From an uncultured delta proteobacterium (GTDB lineage: Bacteria > Myxococcota_A > Polyangia > Haliangiales > Haliangiaceae), in assembly GCA_963743525.1 (NCBI GenBank), contig CAVUQH010000003.1:608001-672000 (forward strand): a DNA stretch of 64,000 nt, read 5' to 3'. Shown here in pieces: positions 39,933 through 50,131 of the stretch. The position numbers and the translations under genes are program-made. The notes under the pieces are model-generated. The model was not told the origin of the DNA. It did no database searches and saw nothing but the letters and a program-made list of their open reading frames with translations. How positions within the stretch are numbered: position 1 is the stretch's first letter; every line of letters starts with the position of its first letter.

Positions 39933-40418
39933 GTGCTCCGCGCGCTCTGCGTCCTGTGCCTGCTCGCCGCCTGCGACACCAGCTCGTCGCCGCCGTCACC
40001 GGCGCCGGTGGTCACGCCGAGCGGTCCGGTGCGGCTGGTCGAAGCCGGCGCCGGCGAGGTGCAACCGCTGGTGAAGACCGCGCTGGCCAACGCCGCCCGC
40101 GACCATCGGCGTCTCCTGGTTTACGTCGGCGCCACCTGGTGCGAGCCGTGCAAGGCGTTCCACGCCGCCGCTGCCGCCGGTGAGCTCGACGCCACGCTGC
40201 CCGGGCTGACCCTGCTCGAGTTCGACCTCGACCGCGACAACAAACGGCTCACCGCCGCCGGCTACACCTCGGAGCTGGTGCCGCTGTTCGCGGTGCCCGG
40301 CGCCGACGGCCGCGCCTCGGGCCGCGCGACCTCCGGCGCCTACAAGGGCGGCAACTACGTCGCCCAGCTGGCGCCGCGCATCCGGACGCTGCTCGAGCCG
40401 GCGCCGCCCGCGCCCTAG
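39933..40418 (+). CDS. Thioredoxin-family lipoprotein
   Basis: LLAAC lipobox; YVGATWCEPC. Confidence 0.85.
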   Translation: MLRALCVLCLLAACDTSSSPPSPAPVVTPSGPVRLVEAGAGEVQPLVKTALANAARDHRRLLVYVGATWCEPCKAFHAAAAAGELDATLPGLTLLEFDLDRDNKRLTAAGYTSELVPLFAVPGADGRASGRATSGAYKGGNYVAQLAPRIRTLLEPAPPAP

Positions 40419-40990
40419 CCAGCCTGGTCAACCACCGCCTGACCGCGCGGGGCGAGTCGGTAGCGGCCGGCCTCGCGCTCCATGTACCGCCCCATGATGA
40501 GCTCGCGGCGAATGGTGCAGAAGTCGCTGTGGAACGCCTTGATGTAGTTCGACAGCTGGCGCTCGGTGTAGACCTCGTGACGGGGCAGCCGCCGGAGGAG
40601 CTCCTCGAAGACGATCTCCTTCTTGCGCCGCTGTGACGGGATGGCGGTAAGTCGATCGCCGTCGAAGAAGGTCTCGAGCACCTTGCGCCGGTCGGCGTCG
40701 AGCCCGGCGGTCGCCAGCTTGCTGACCTTCTTCTCGTCGGTCACCGACAGCACCGCCGCGCGCAGCGCCTGCTGATCGAACTGATAGAAGACGTACGGCG
40801 GCTCGCGCCGCTCGCGCAGCAGACCGGCGTTGCGCAGGCGGCGCAGGTGATGCGAGACCGTCGCCGTGGACAGCGACAGCTCGGCCGCCAGCTCCTGGCC
40901 GCAGCGCTCGCCCTGGACCAGCAACCCGACCATGCGCAGGCGCGCCGGGTCGGCCAGGGACTTGAAGATTGTTACCAAATCGGCAGCCAT
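40415..40990 (-). CDS. ArsR HTH + DUF2087 regulator
   Basis: FKSLADPARL...TVSHHLRRL; LTAIPSQRRKK...DFCTIRRELI. Confidence 0.85.
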   Translation of the reverse strand: MAADLVTIFKSLADPARLRMVGLLVQGERCGQELAAELSLSTATVSHHLRRLRNAGLLRERREPPYVFYQFDQQALRAAVLSVTDEKKVSKLATAGLDADRRKVLETFFDGDRLTAIPSQRRKKEIVFEELLRRLPRHEVYTERQLSNYIKAFHSDFCTIRRELIMGRYMEREAGRYRLAPRGQAVVDQAG

Positions 40991-41075
40991 CGATTAGATG
41001 ACTATCAAATCGATAAGTGTCAGCGCAAGCAATTCTGCCACCGGCAGCGCCCGGCGGCCCGCTGGCGCCGTTTGG

Positions 41076-41744
41076 CTACCAGGGAAGCGATTCGCCGTTG
41101 GCGTGCACGAAGCTGCCGGAGCTTTCCAGCGTCAGCTCGCGGATGCGCTCGATCAGATTGGCCGCCGCTTCGGCGGCGTCGACGTTGCCGGTGCCGCCGG
41201 TCATCTCGGTGCGCACCCAGCCCGGATGCAGCAGGCGCACGGCGATCTTGCGCGGCGCCAGATCGTGCGCCAGCGACCGCCCGGCCATGTTCAGCGCCGC
41301 CTTCGACATGCGGTAGCCGTAGCTGCCACCGGAGCTGTTGTCGCCGATCGAGCCCATCCGGCTGGTGACCAGTCCGACCTTCGCTCCGGGAGCCAGGCAT
41401 GGCAGCAACGTCGCGGTGGCGACCAGCGGGCCGAGGGCGTTGACCTCGAACTGCCTGCGCACGCTGTCCGGGTCGAGCGAGGACAGGTTCGTCGGCTGGA
41501 GAATGCCGGCGACGACGACCAGCCAGTCGAGCGACTCCGGACCGAGCTCCCTGGCCAGCACCTCCAGGGATCCGCGGTCGGTGACGTCGACACCTGTGTG
41601 GATCGCACAGCCCGACAGCGCCGCGAGCGCCTCCGACGAGGTGCGACACGCCGCGTGGACGACGTCGCCGTCCCCGGCGAGCTGCTTGCAGATCTCGAGG
41701 CCGATGCCCCGGTTCGACCCGATGACGAGAACTCGATTGCTCAC
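41076..41744 (-). CDS. Short-chain dehydrogenase, CsgA (C-signal)-like subfamily
   Basis: GSNRGIG, VNALGP, TSRMGSIGDNSSGGSYGYRMSKAALNM, LHPGWVRTEM. Confidence 0.88.
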   Translation of the reverse strand: MSNRVLVIGSNRGIGLEICKQLAGDGDVVHAACRTSSEALAALSGCAIHTGVDVTDRGSLEVLARELGPESLDWLVVVAGILQPTNLSSLDPDSVRRQFEVNALGPLVATATLLPCLAPGAKVGLVTSRMGSIGDNSSGGSYGYRMSKAALNMAGRSLAHDLAPRKIAVRLLHPGWVRTEMTGGTGNVDAAEAAANLIERIRELTLESSGSFVHANGESLPW

Positions 41745-41746
41745 GA

Positions 41747-42829
41747 TTGCCTCCGCACGAAGCCTACCCGCTCTGGACCCTCGCGCCCAGCGGGGCCGAT
41801 CCGAGCTTGCGGGGGCGCCTGCGCCGACTGGCGTATATACTCACCGCGCTGGCATTTTTGGGGCTACATGGGCGGCGACCAGGGGTCGTAACGTCAGTGG
41901 CGGCGTGCCTGCTGATGTGCGCGTGCGGGTGCAGACCTCAGCGCAGGCGACCCCTGCGCATCGGTCTGTCGCAGTGGCCGCCGTACGAGATGCCGTTCCT
42001 GGCCCGGGACCTGGGCTACCTCGAGGGCGTCCCGGTCGAGCTGGTGGACATGCGCACGCCGGCGGAGGTGCGCCGCGCGTACCGCAACGGCCTCCTCGAC
42101 GGGGTCGCCGTGACCACGCAGTACGCGGTCGAGTTCGCCGCCTGGAAAGGCGACGATCGGATCGCCCTGGTCATCGACGTCTCCGACGGCGCCGACGCGC
42201 TGGTCGCGCGGCGCGGCATCGACTCGGTCGCCGATCTGAGGGGCAAGCGCATTGGTCTGGAGAACACCACGCTGGGCCCGATGATCGCGCTGCGAGCACT
42301 GGAGAAGCACGGCGTCTCCCGCGATGAGGTCACCTTCGTGCCGATCGATTTTCCCGAGCAACGCGCGGCCTTCGAGAACGGCACGGTCGATGCCATGGTC
42401 ACCTACGAGCCGGTGCGCTCGCAGCTGCTCACCATGGGCGGGAAAGTGCTGTTCTCCAGCCACGACATGCCCAACGAGGTGGTCAACGTGCTCGTGGTCC
42501 ACGGCAAGGTGATCGACCGCAGGCAGGCGGATCTGCGCCGACTCATCGACGGCTGGTTTCGCGCCGTCCACTACATGGAGACGAACCCGGACGACGGCGC
42601 ACGTCGCATCTCACCGCGGGAAGACCTCGACCCCGACCAGGTGGAGCGCGCCCTCCAGGGAGTGCGCCTGCTCGACCGCTCCGAGAATCTGAAGCTGCTC
42701 AGCGGCCCGCACCCACCGCTGATGAACGGGCTCGAGCGGACCGCGGCGGCCATGCACACCCTCGACCTCATGGACGCCGAGCCGGACTTCAGCAAGCTGG
42801 TCACCGACCGAGTGGTGAGCTTGCCATGA
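41747..42829 (+). CDS. NitT/TauT (SsuA/NMT1-like) substrate-binding protein; start uncertain
   Basis: [41 protein letters not shown]. Confidence 0.82.
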   Translation: MPPHEAYPLWTLAPSGADPSLRGRLRRLAYILTALAFLGLHGRRPGVVTSVAACLLMCACGCRPQRRRPLRIGLSQWPPYEMPFLARDLGYLEGVPVELVDMRTPAEVRRAYRNGLLDGVAVTTQYAVEFAAWKGDDRIALVIDVSDGADALVARRGIDSVADLRGKRIGLENTTLGPMIALRALEKHGVSRDEVTFVPIDFPEQRAAFENGTVDAMVTYEPVRSQLLTMGGKVLFSSHDMPNEVVNVLVVHGKVIDRRQADLRRLIDGWFRAVHYMETNPDDGARRISPREDLDPDQVERALQGVRLLDRSENLKLLSGPHPPLMNGLERTAAAMHTLDLMDAEPDFSKLVTDRVVSLP

Positions 42830-45484
42830 GCCGCTTCCCGCCGCCGATTCGCTACACCGTCCCCGGCGTGTTGCTGGTGATCGGGGTGCTGTTGCAGCTC
42901 GGCGTGCTGGAGCTGGAGCTGCAGCGCGGGCGGCAGCGGGTGGTGCACTCCGCGACCAACGAGATGCGCCTGACCGGCACCCTCATCTCGGCCAACGCCG
43001 AGACCGCCTTCCGCATCGAGAACACCGAGGGCGCGGCGGCCATCATGGGCGTGCTGGCCGGCGAGCCGACCGTCAAGAATGCGGTTCTGGTGGGGGCCAA
43101 CGGGGTCATCACCGATGCCACGCAGCTGGTTGACGAGGGCCGAACCCTCGACCAGGCGGGACTGACCGAGGTCGAGAACCTGGTCGCCGCCGCCCGTCAG
43201 ACCAACGCAGCCCAGCTGCAGACGTTCGACAACCCGTCTCGGATCGTCGGCGCCTTCCCGGTCGATCTGTCGCGCCGGGTCGATGACCAGATCGCGATCC
43301 TGGTCACCGTTCGCGATCTGGGACCGCTGTTGTCGGCGGCGAGAACCGACGCCACCGACCGCGCGTTGCTCGAGGGCGGGGCGCTGCTGGCAGTCTGCTT
43401 GATCATCTTCGTACTGCTGCGGCAGATCGTCATCGTGCGCATGAGCAAGCTGGCCCACGCCAGCCATCTGCTGGCGGACGGCGACTACGACGCGCGGGCG
43501 GCCCTCGATGGCGACGACGAGATCGCCGATCTCGCCCGCACCTTCAACACCATGGCGACCTCCATCCAGGCGCAGACCGCGGAGCTCAGCGCCAGCGCGC
43601 AGCGGCTGTCCAGCTTGCTGGGCAATCTCGAGGACACGGTGCTCGTCGTCGGCGCCGACGGGGGCGTGAAGTACAGCAACAGCGCCTCGGTGGAGGTGAT
43701 CGGCGTGGAACCGCACGAGCTGATCGGCCAGGCGCTGGGCGGTTACCTGGTCGTAGACGATCGGGCCGCGCTCGACCACGCGCTGGCGGCGGCGCGCGCC
43801 GAGCCGGGCAGTCACCTCAGGATCGAGGCGACGCTCGATGGCGCCGCGCCCCGCCGGCTCGAGGTCGTCGTCTCCTGGCCGCAACACGAGCTGCTCGGCG
43901 GCGCAGTCGTCAACGTTCGCGACATCACCGAGAAGCGCAGCCTGGAAGAGCAGCTGCGCACGCGGCAGAAGCTCGAGCTGGTGGGGCAGCTCGCCGGCGG
44001 CGTCGCCCACGACTTCAACAACCTGCTCAGCGTCGTCTGCCTCAACGCCGAGGCGCTGCTGCACGACTCACGTCTTTCGCCGCTTCATCGCCCCGCCGTC
44101 GGCGAGATCCTCGACTCGGCGACCCGCGGTGGCACGCTCACTCGCCAGTTGTTGACCATGGGCCGGCGGGACATCTCGGCCAAGGCGCCGATCGACCTCA
44201 ACGAGGTGATTCGCAGCATCGATGCGCTGTTGCACCGGCTGGTGCCCGAGAACATCGCCTTCGAGATCGAGCTGGCGGAGCAGCCATGTGCGGTGGAGGC
44301 GAACCAGGGCTTGCTCGAGCAGATCGTCGTCAACCTGGTCGTCAATGCGCGCGACGCCATGCCCGACGGCGGAACCCTGAGCGTGCGCACCACCGCATCG
44401 ACGGTCGCCGGCGCCGACCGCGCGCTGGTCACCATCTCGGACACCGGCACCGGAATTCCCCGCGACATTCGCGAGCAGATCTTCGAGCCGTTCTTCTCCA
44501 CCAAGCCGCCCGGGACCGGGACCGGGCTGGGGCTGACCACCGTGCGCGGCATCGTCGAGGATCTCGCCGGCACGATCGAGCTGTCGACGGCGGACGGTCG
44601 CGGTGCGACGTTCACCATCTCGCTGCCGAGGCTGCCGTCCGCGGCGGTCGACGATGATGACGACGACGGTGCTCTGTCGGCCTACCGCGGCAGCGAGCGC
44701 ATCCTCTACGTCGAGGACGAGCCGGCGATTCGCCTGTCGGTGCAGCGGTTCCTGTCCGAGCTGGGCTACGAGGTCAGCGCCTTCGCCACCGCCGAGGAAG
44801 CGGTGTCCGCCGTGGCCGCGCCGGAGTTCGGCGTCAACCTCTTGCTCACAGACCTGATGTTGCCGGGGATGAACGGCCACGCGCTGTGGCACGCGCTGCG
44901 CAAGGAACGCCCGGGCCTGCCGATCCTTTTCACCTCCGGGTACACCGAGATCGCCGCGTCGCGGCGGCAGATCCTCGAGGAGGGTTTGCCGCTGCTGCAG
45001 AAGCCGGTGCGGCGCAGCACCCTGGCTCGGTCCATCCGCGAGGTCCTGGCCTCGGCGGCAGCGGCGGAGCCGAAACCCGTGGCGCGCGACGGACGGCGGG
45101 CGCTGCTCCTGGTCGACGACGACGAGATGGTCCGCCGACTCAGCGAGCGAATCATGGAAGGTGCCGGCTACGAGGTCGCCACGGCGGGGTCGGGCGACGA
45201 GGCCTGCCGGCGACTGGCCGAAGCGCCCGAGAGCTTCGCTGCGGCGCTGCTCGACCTGAACCTGCCGGACACCGACGGTATCACCCTGGCCGGTCGCCTG
45301 CGCAGGACCACACCGTCACTGCCGATCGTCCTGACCACCGGCGGCGACGTTCAACCGCCTGTCTGCCGCGCTCGACGATGGGCGCATATCGGCCCTGCTG
45401 GCCAAGCCGTACACCGTTGACGGACTGATCGACACCATCGAGACGGTGCTGGTGTCGCCGGCTTCGCCCACCCGCTCGCATTGA
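42826..45484 (+). CDS. Hybrid sensor kinase (TM-HAMP-PAS-HisKA-HATPase-REC-REC); +1 frameshift near 45350 in the last receiver
   Basis: [42 protein letters not shown], two REC domains; removing one T restores ...[11 protein letters not shown], stop at 45482-45484. Confidence 0.9.
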
Positions 45485-45486
45485 GT

Positions 45487-46689
<1,203 letters not shown>

Positions 46690-46747
46690 AAGAAGCAACG
46701 CCGGCCACGGAGCAGCAAGGCGGGTAGGTTCAGGACGATTCCTGCGC

Positions 46748-47203
46748 TCAGGACTGCTTGCGTTTGGCCTCTTCGATCAGCTCGGCGGCGATGCGATACG
46801 CGGTGTTGACCGCGGGCATGCACACCCGCTCGGGTACGTCGGACTGCATCAGCCGGTCGATGCCTTCTTCGGTGGTGAGATCCAGGCCGGTGAGATTGCG
46901 GCAGTTGATCGATCCCATCTCCGCTTCGAAGCGGCTGCGGAACTCGCGGACCAGCTCGAGCTCGTCGAGCATCTGCTCCATCGAATCCGACTGCTGGATC
47001 ATCAGCCCCAGGGCCATCACGCCGCCGGCGACGGCGCCACACACCGCGCCGCTGTTGCCGATGCCGCCGGCAAAACCGCGCGCAATCTGCGGGATGACTC
47101 CCGCGGTTTCCTCGATTCCCTGATCCCGGCACACGGCCAGGAGCACCGATTCCGATCAGACGAAGCCCTCCATCATGATTTCGGCCGCCCGGTTCGCTTC
47201 CAT
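46748..47203 (-). CDS. C_GCAxxG_C_C-family redox protein, probable selenoprotein (Sec at codon 16)
   Basis: AAAGGAGG RBS, ATG 47203, MEANRAAEIMMEGFV-UGA-SESVL...GFAGGIG...CGAVAGG...SINCRNL...C. Confidence 0.8.
47124..47142 (-). promoter_or_regulatory. Bacterial SECIS-like hairpin
   Basis: UCCUGGC-CGUGU-GCCGGGA stem-loop; loop begins 20 nt after the UGA and has G at position 2. Confidence 0.65.
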
Positions 47204-47288
47204 GCGTGGCCTCCTTTCGTGTCGTCTACGACATGCATTCCAGGTGCCAGCCTCCCGTGGCAGCTAGCGTTCGGTTATCGTCGACGAC

Positions 47289-48248
47289 ATGAATCGGGGG
47301 AAGCTGATCGCCATCGGCGCGGGGGCCGCCGTGGTGCTGGTCGGGATGATGGCCGCGTTCTTCTTCATGCGCGGGCGCAACGTCACCCACGCGATCACCG
47401 GCAGCTGGTACCTGGAGTCGGCCAGCGGTCCGGTGGTGGTCGTGCGCCACGGGTCGTTCTGGCAGGCCAACAGCAACACGTCGACCAGCTACGGCAGACC
47501 CAGTAGTCGAAGCGCCATACGGCTGTACAGCCAGCGGGTGAGCGACGGCGCGTACCTGGGCCAGTACCTCATGCCCAAGGACGCCCGGGTCGCCGGCATG
47601 CACGGGGACAAGCTGTGGATCTGCGACAAACGCTCCGGCCCCGTCCTGCTGCAGGTCCCCGATCTGCGCGTCGTGGCCAACCGAAAGACGATTCGCGATG
47701 CCGCCGGTACCGACTTCGAGCTGACCGGCTCCGACTGCACGGTCCACCCGTACCAGGGCAAGCTGGAGATTCGCGAGTCCGACGGCAAGGACTACTGGGT
47801 CACCACCGATCTCCGCGTCGAGGCGGAAGACCCGGACGAGACGATCCCGCCGCCCGGCTACCACTGCAACTTCGGCCAGACCGATCTGATCGAGCCGTCC
47901 AGGATCTCGTGCTTGCCGCCGGAGTCGGCACCGGCCACGGTGCTGGCGAAGTCCAAGACGTCCGCGCTGCGCAAGGACGAGAAACTGCCGCCGCTCATCA
48001 GCGGCATCGCTTCCAGTTTCGAGAAGACCGAAGTCTTGTGGACCAAGCCGATGGATGAGCTGGTGGGCGCGCCGGTCCCCGACGTGCGGTGGATGCGAGA
48101 ACAGGTGCTCGACCCGCACCGGGTCGTCCTGATGATGGGCACCCACGAGAAGATGCTCGAGGTGCACCTGATCTTCATCGATCCGACCGACGGCACGGTG
48201 CTCGAGCACAAGCTGCTGTTCGCCGACAAGGCGCCGGGTCCGGCTTAG
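47289..48248 (+). CDS. Membrane-anchored hypothetical protein
   Basis: N-terminal TM helix, coding-like sequence; no family recognised. Confidence 0.65.
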   Translation: MNRGKLIAIGAGAAVVLVGMMAAFFFMRGRNVTHAITGSWYLESASGPVVVVRHGSFWQANSNTSTSYGRPSSRSAIRLYSQRVSDGAYLGQYLMPKDARVAGMHGDKLWICDKRSGPVLLQVPDLRVVANRKTIRDAAGTDFELTGSDCTVHPYQGKLEIRESDGKDYWVTTDLRVEAEDPDETIPPPGYHCNFGQTDLIEPSRISCLPPESAPATVLAKSKTSALRKDEKLPPLISGIASSFEKTEVLWTKPMDELVGAPVPDVRWMREQVLDPHRVVLMMGTHEKMLEVHLIFIDPTDGTVLEHKLLFADKAPGPA

Positions 48249-49318
48249 TCGTCGCGGCGCGTGCCCACCAGCAGGTGGGCCTGGTAGCACATGGTCGCGC
48301 GCTCGTGGACGTAGACGTGCCACGGCACCCGGTCGGCCTCGGCGGTGAGCAGGAGCTGCGGGTCCGGGGTGACGCCCGACTCGGTCGACAGCAGGCGGCG
48401 GAAGGCGGCGGCGCTGGAGCCCTCGCCGGGGCCGCGCTGGGAATGGCCGCCCAACCACTGCTCCACCGGCGTGGCGCCGGTCGACCAGTCGTACGGGGTC
48501 GAGAACAGCGCGCGCGCGCCGGGACGAAGCACCCGCCCGAGCTCGACCACGTGGGCCATCGGCGAGGCGATGCAGTCGACGACGTTGAGGCTGAGCGCGC
48601 CGTTGACGCTGCCGTCGCCAAACGCCAGACCGGTGGCGTCGCAGGCCCAGAAGTTGACGCGATCAGCGGCCGGCAGCTCGACCGGGTAGTCGCGCCGCTC
48701 GTAGACCATGCCGACGCGGCGGTGCGGGTGCACGGCGCGGCCGCTGGTCAGCACCCGGCGCGCCAGCTTCAGCATGGCGATGTTCAGGTCGACGCCCAGC
48801 ACCAGATCGCCGGTGCGCGCGGCCAATTCGAAGCTGCCGCGGCCGACCGAGCAGCCGACGTCGAGCCACGCGCCGGCCGGCGGCTCGGGCAAGAGCTCGA
48901 GGCCGCGGGCGAGCAGCTGCGGCACGCCGGCCTCCAGCGCCGGACCGGCCGGATCGAAGTCGCCGTAGTGGCTGCGCGCGTAGGTCGACAGGTGGTAGCG
49001 GGTGGTCACCAGCTCGGAGTCGGGACCGGCGCAGTCGCCCAGCCAGCTGTCGGTGAACGGCGACAGGTCGTCGCGCTCGCGCAGCTGTGACAGCTGGCCA
49101 GAGACGACGCCGCGGATGTCGAGCACCAGCAGCGGGATGCCGTCGATGATCGGGTACTCGCGCTGGCAGACCTTGTCGGGGCAGAGCAACATCCCCTCGA
49201 TCACGTCGTCGCCGTCGCGGCGCTCGACGTGGCCCAGGGTCAGCGCGGGCGCCTCGCGGCCGGCCACGCGACAGGCGATGCAGCGGGGTTGGAAGCGCTG
49301 GAAGTGGGCGGTGCGCAG
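48245..49318 (-). CDS. Trm112-like zinc-finger + class I SAM methyltransferase; likely CTG start
   Basis: PRCIAC...LLCPDKVCQREYPIIDGIP; LDVGCSVGR, GVDLN, CDATGL.F, LNVVDC, RVLRPG, STPYDW. Confidence 0.82.
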   Translation of the reverse strand: MRTAHFQRFQPRCIACRVAGREAPALTLGHVERRDGDDVIEGMLLCPDKVCQREYPIIDGIPLLVLDIRGVVSGQLSQLRERDDLSPFTDSWLGDCAGPDSELVTTRYHLSTYARSHYGDFDPAGPALEAGVPQLLARGLELLPEPPAGAWLDVGCSVGRGSFELAARTGDLVLGVDLNIAMLKLARRVLTSGRAVHPHRRVGMVYERRDYPVELPAADRVNFWACDATGLAFGDGSVNGALSLNVVDCIASPMAHVVELGRVLRPGARALFSTPYDWSTGATPVEQWLGGHSQRGPGEGSSAAAFRRLLSTESGVTPDPQLLLTAEADRVPWHVYVHERATMCYQAHLLVGTRRDD

Positions 49319-49322
49319 GGCT

Positions 49323-49706
49323 CTACCCGCCGACTTCGACGTCGCTGGAGCCCTCGATCACCTTGCCGGTCGGGCTGGGGATCGGGCCCATGCACGAAGC
49401 AAACGCGACCATGTCGTTCTTGCGCGCGGCCGGAAGGCCGGTGAAGAAGACGGTGAACGATCCCAACGAGATCAGCCCCGGACCGGCAGGCACGCAGCTG
49501 GGCAGCATGCACGGCTCGGACATGCTCGACACCGTTGCCGCCGGTTTGCCGTTGACCATCACCGTGGGGCTGGTGGCGGCGACGATCTTGAGCGGCTTGG
49601 CCGGGTGCGGCGTGGGCGTCGGCACTGGCGCCGCCGGATGGATCGGCGCATGGCAGTGCGGAGAGTCGTGTTTTACCGCGTCACCCTGTCTCGCTGCGCC
49701 TGCCAT
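49323..49706 (-). CDS. PAAR-domain protein
   Basis: AARQGD, TVMVNGKPAATV, GSFTVFFTGLPAARKND, GKVIEGSSDVEVGG; RBS GAGGAG before ATG 49706. Confidence 0.88.
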   Translation of the reverse strand: MAGAARQGDAVKHDSPHCHAPIHPAAPVPTPTPHPAKPLKIVAATSPTVMVNGKPAATVSSMSEPCMLPSCVPAGPGLISLGSFTVFFTGLPAARKNDMVAFASCMGPIPSPTGKVIEGSSDVEVGG

Positions 49707-49723
49707 TACCTGCTCCTCGTCTC

Positions 49724-50113
49724 CTAGTTCAGCCAGATCATCTTGCCGTTGAGCCGGACCTCGGCGGTCAACTCGATCTTGAGGTCTTCCTCGGACTTCA
49801 TCTCGAGGGTGCCCTTGCTGTCGATGTCCACCTTCTTGGCGTTGACGTGGAACGTCTCGCACTCGACGTCGATGTCGCCGGCCGACTTCATCTGCAGGCG
49901 GACTCCTTCGAGGCTGAGCACCGGGCCCTCCTCGGTGATCCGCACCTTCAGCTCGACGGCGCCGCTGGCCGCGCGGATCTCGACCACGTCGTCGAGCCCC
50001 TCCTGCGACACCGCCACGCTGCGCCCGCGCGAGATGTGCACGGTGCGCTCGGGCTCGGTCTCGGTCTCGCCGGTCTGGTTGTCCAGCGCGCTGCGTTTGT
50101 TGTCGTCTGCCAT
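49724..50113 (-). CDS. Small gp5/VgrG C-terminal-like beta-strand-repeat (spike-like) protein
   Basis: Periodic beta strands (LQMKSAGDIDVECETFHVNAKKVDIDSKGTLEMKSEEDLKI) ending VRLNGKMIWLN; directly upstream of PAAR. Confidence 0.6.
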   Translation of the reverse strand: MADDNKRSALDNQTGETETEPERTVHISRGRSVAVSQEGLDDVVEIRAASGAVELKVRITEEGPVLSLEGVRLQMKSAGDIDVECETFHVNAKKVDIDSKGTLEMKSEEDLKIELTAEVRLNGKMIWLN

Positions 50114-50131
50114 GGGCTGGCGCCTACTCTA

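Noticed and set aside
41076..41744. Calling the SDR csgA
   Set aside because: The subfamily is widespread with several paralogues; orthology cannot be shown from sequence alone
48245..50113. Prophage or complete T6SS/eCIS locus
   Set aside because: No tube, sheath, baseplate, capsid or integrase genes in the window
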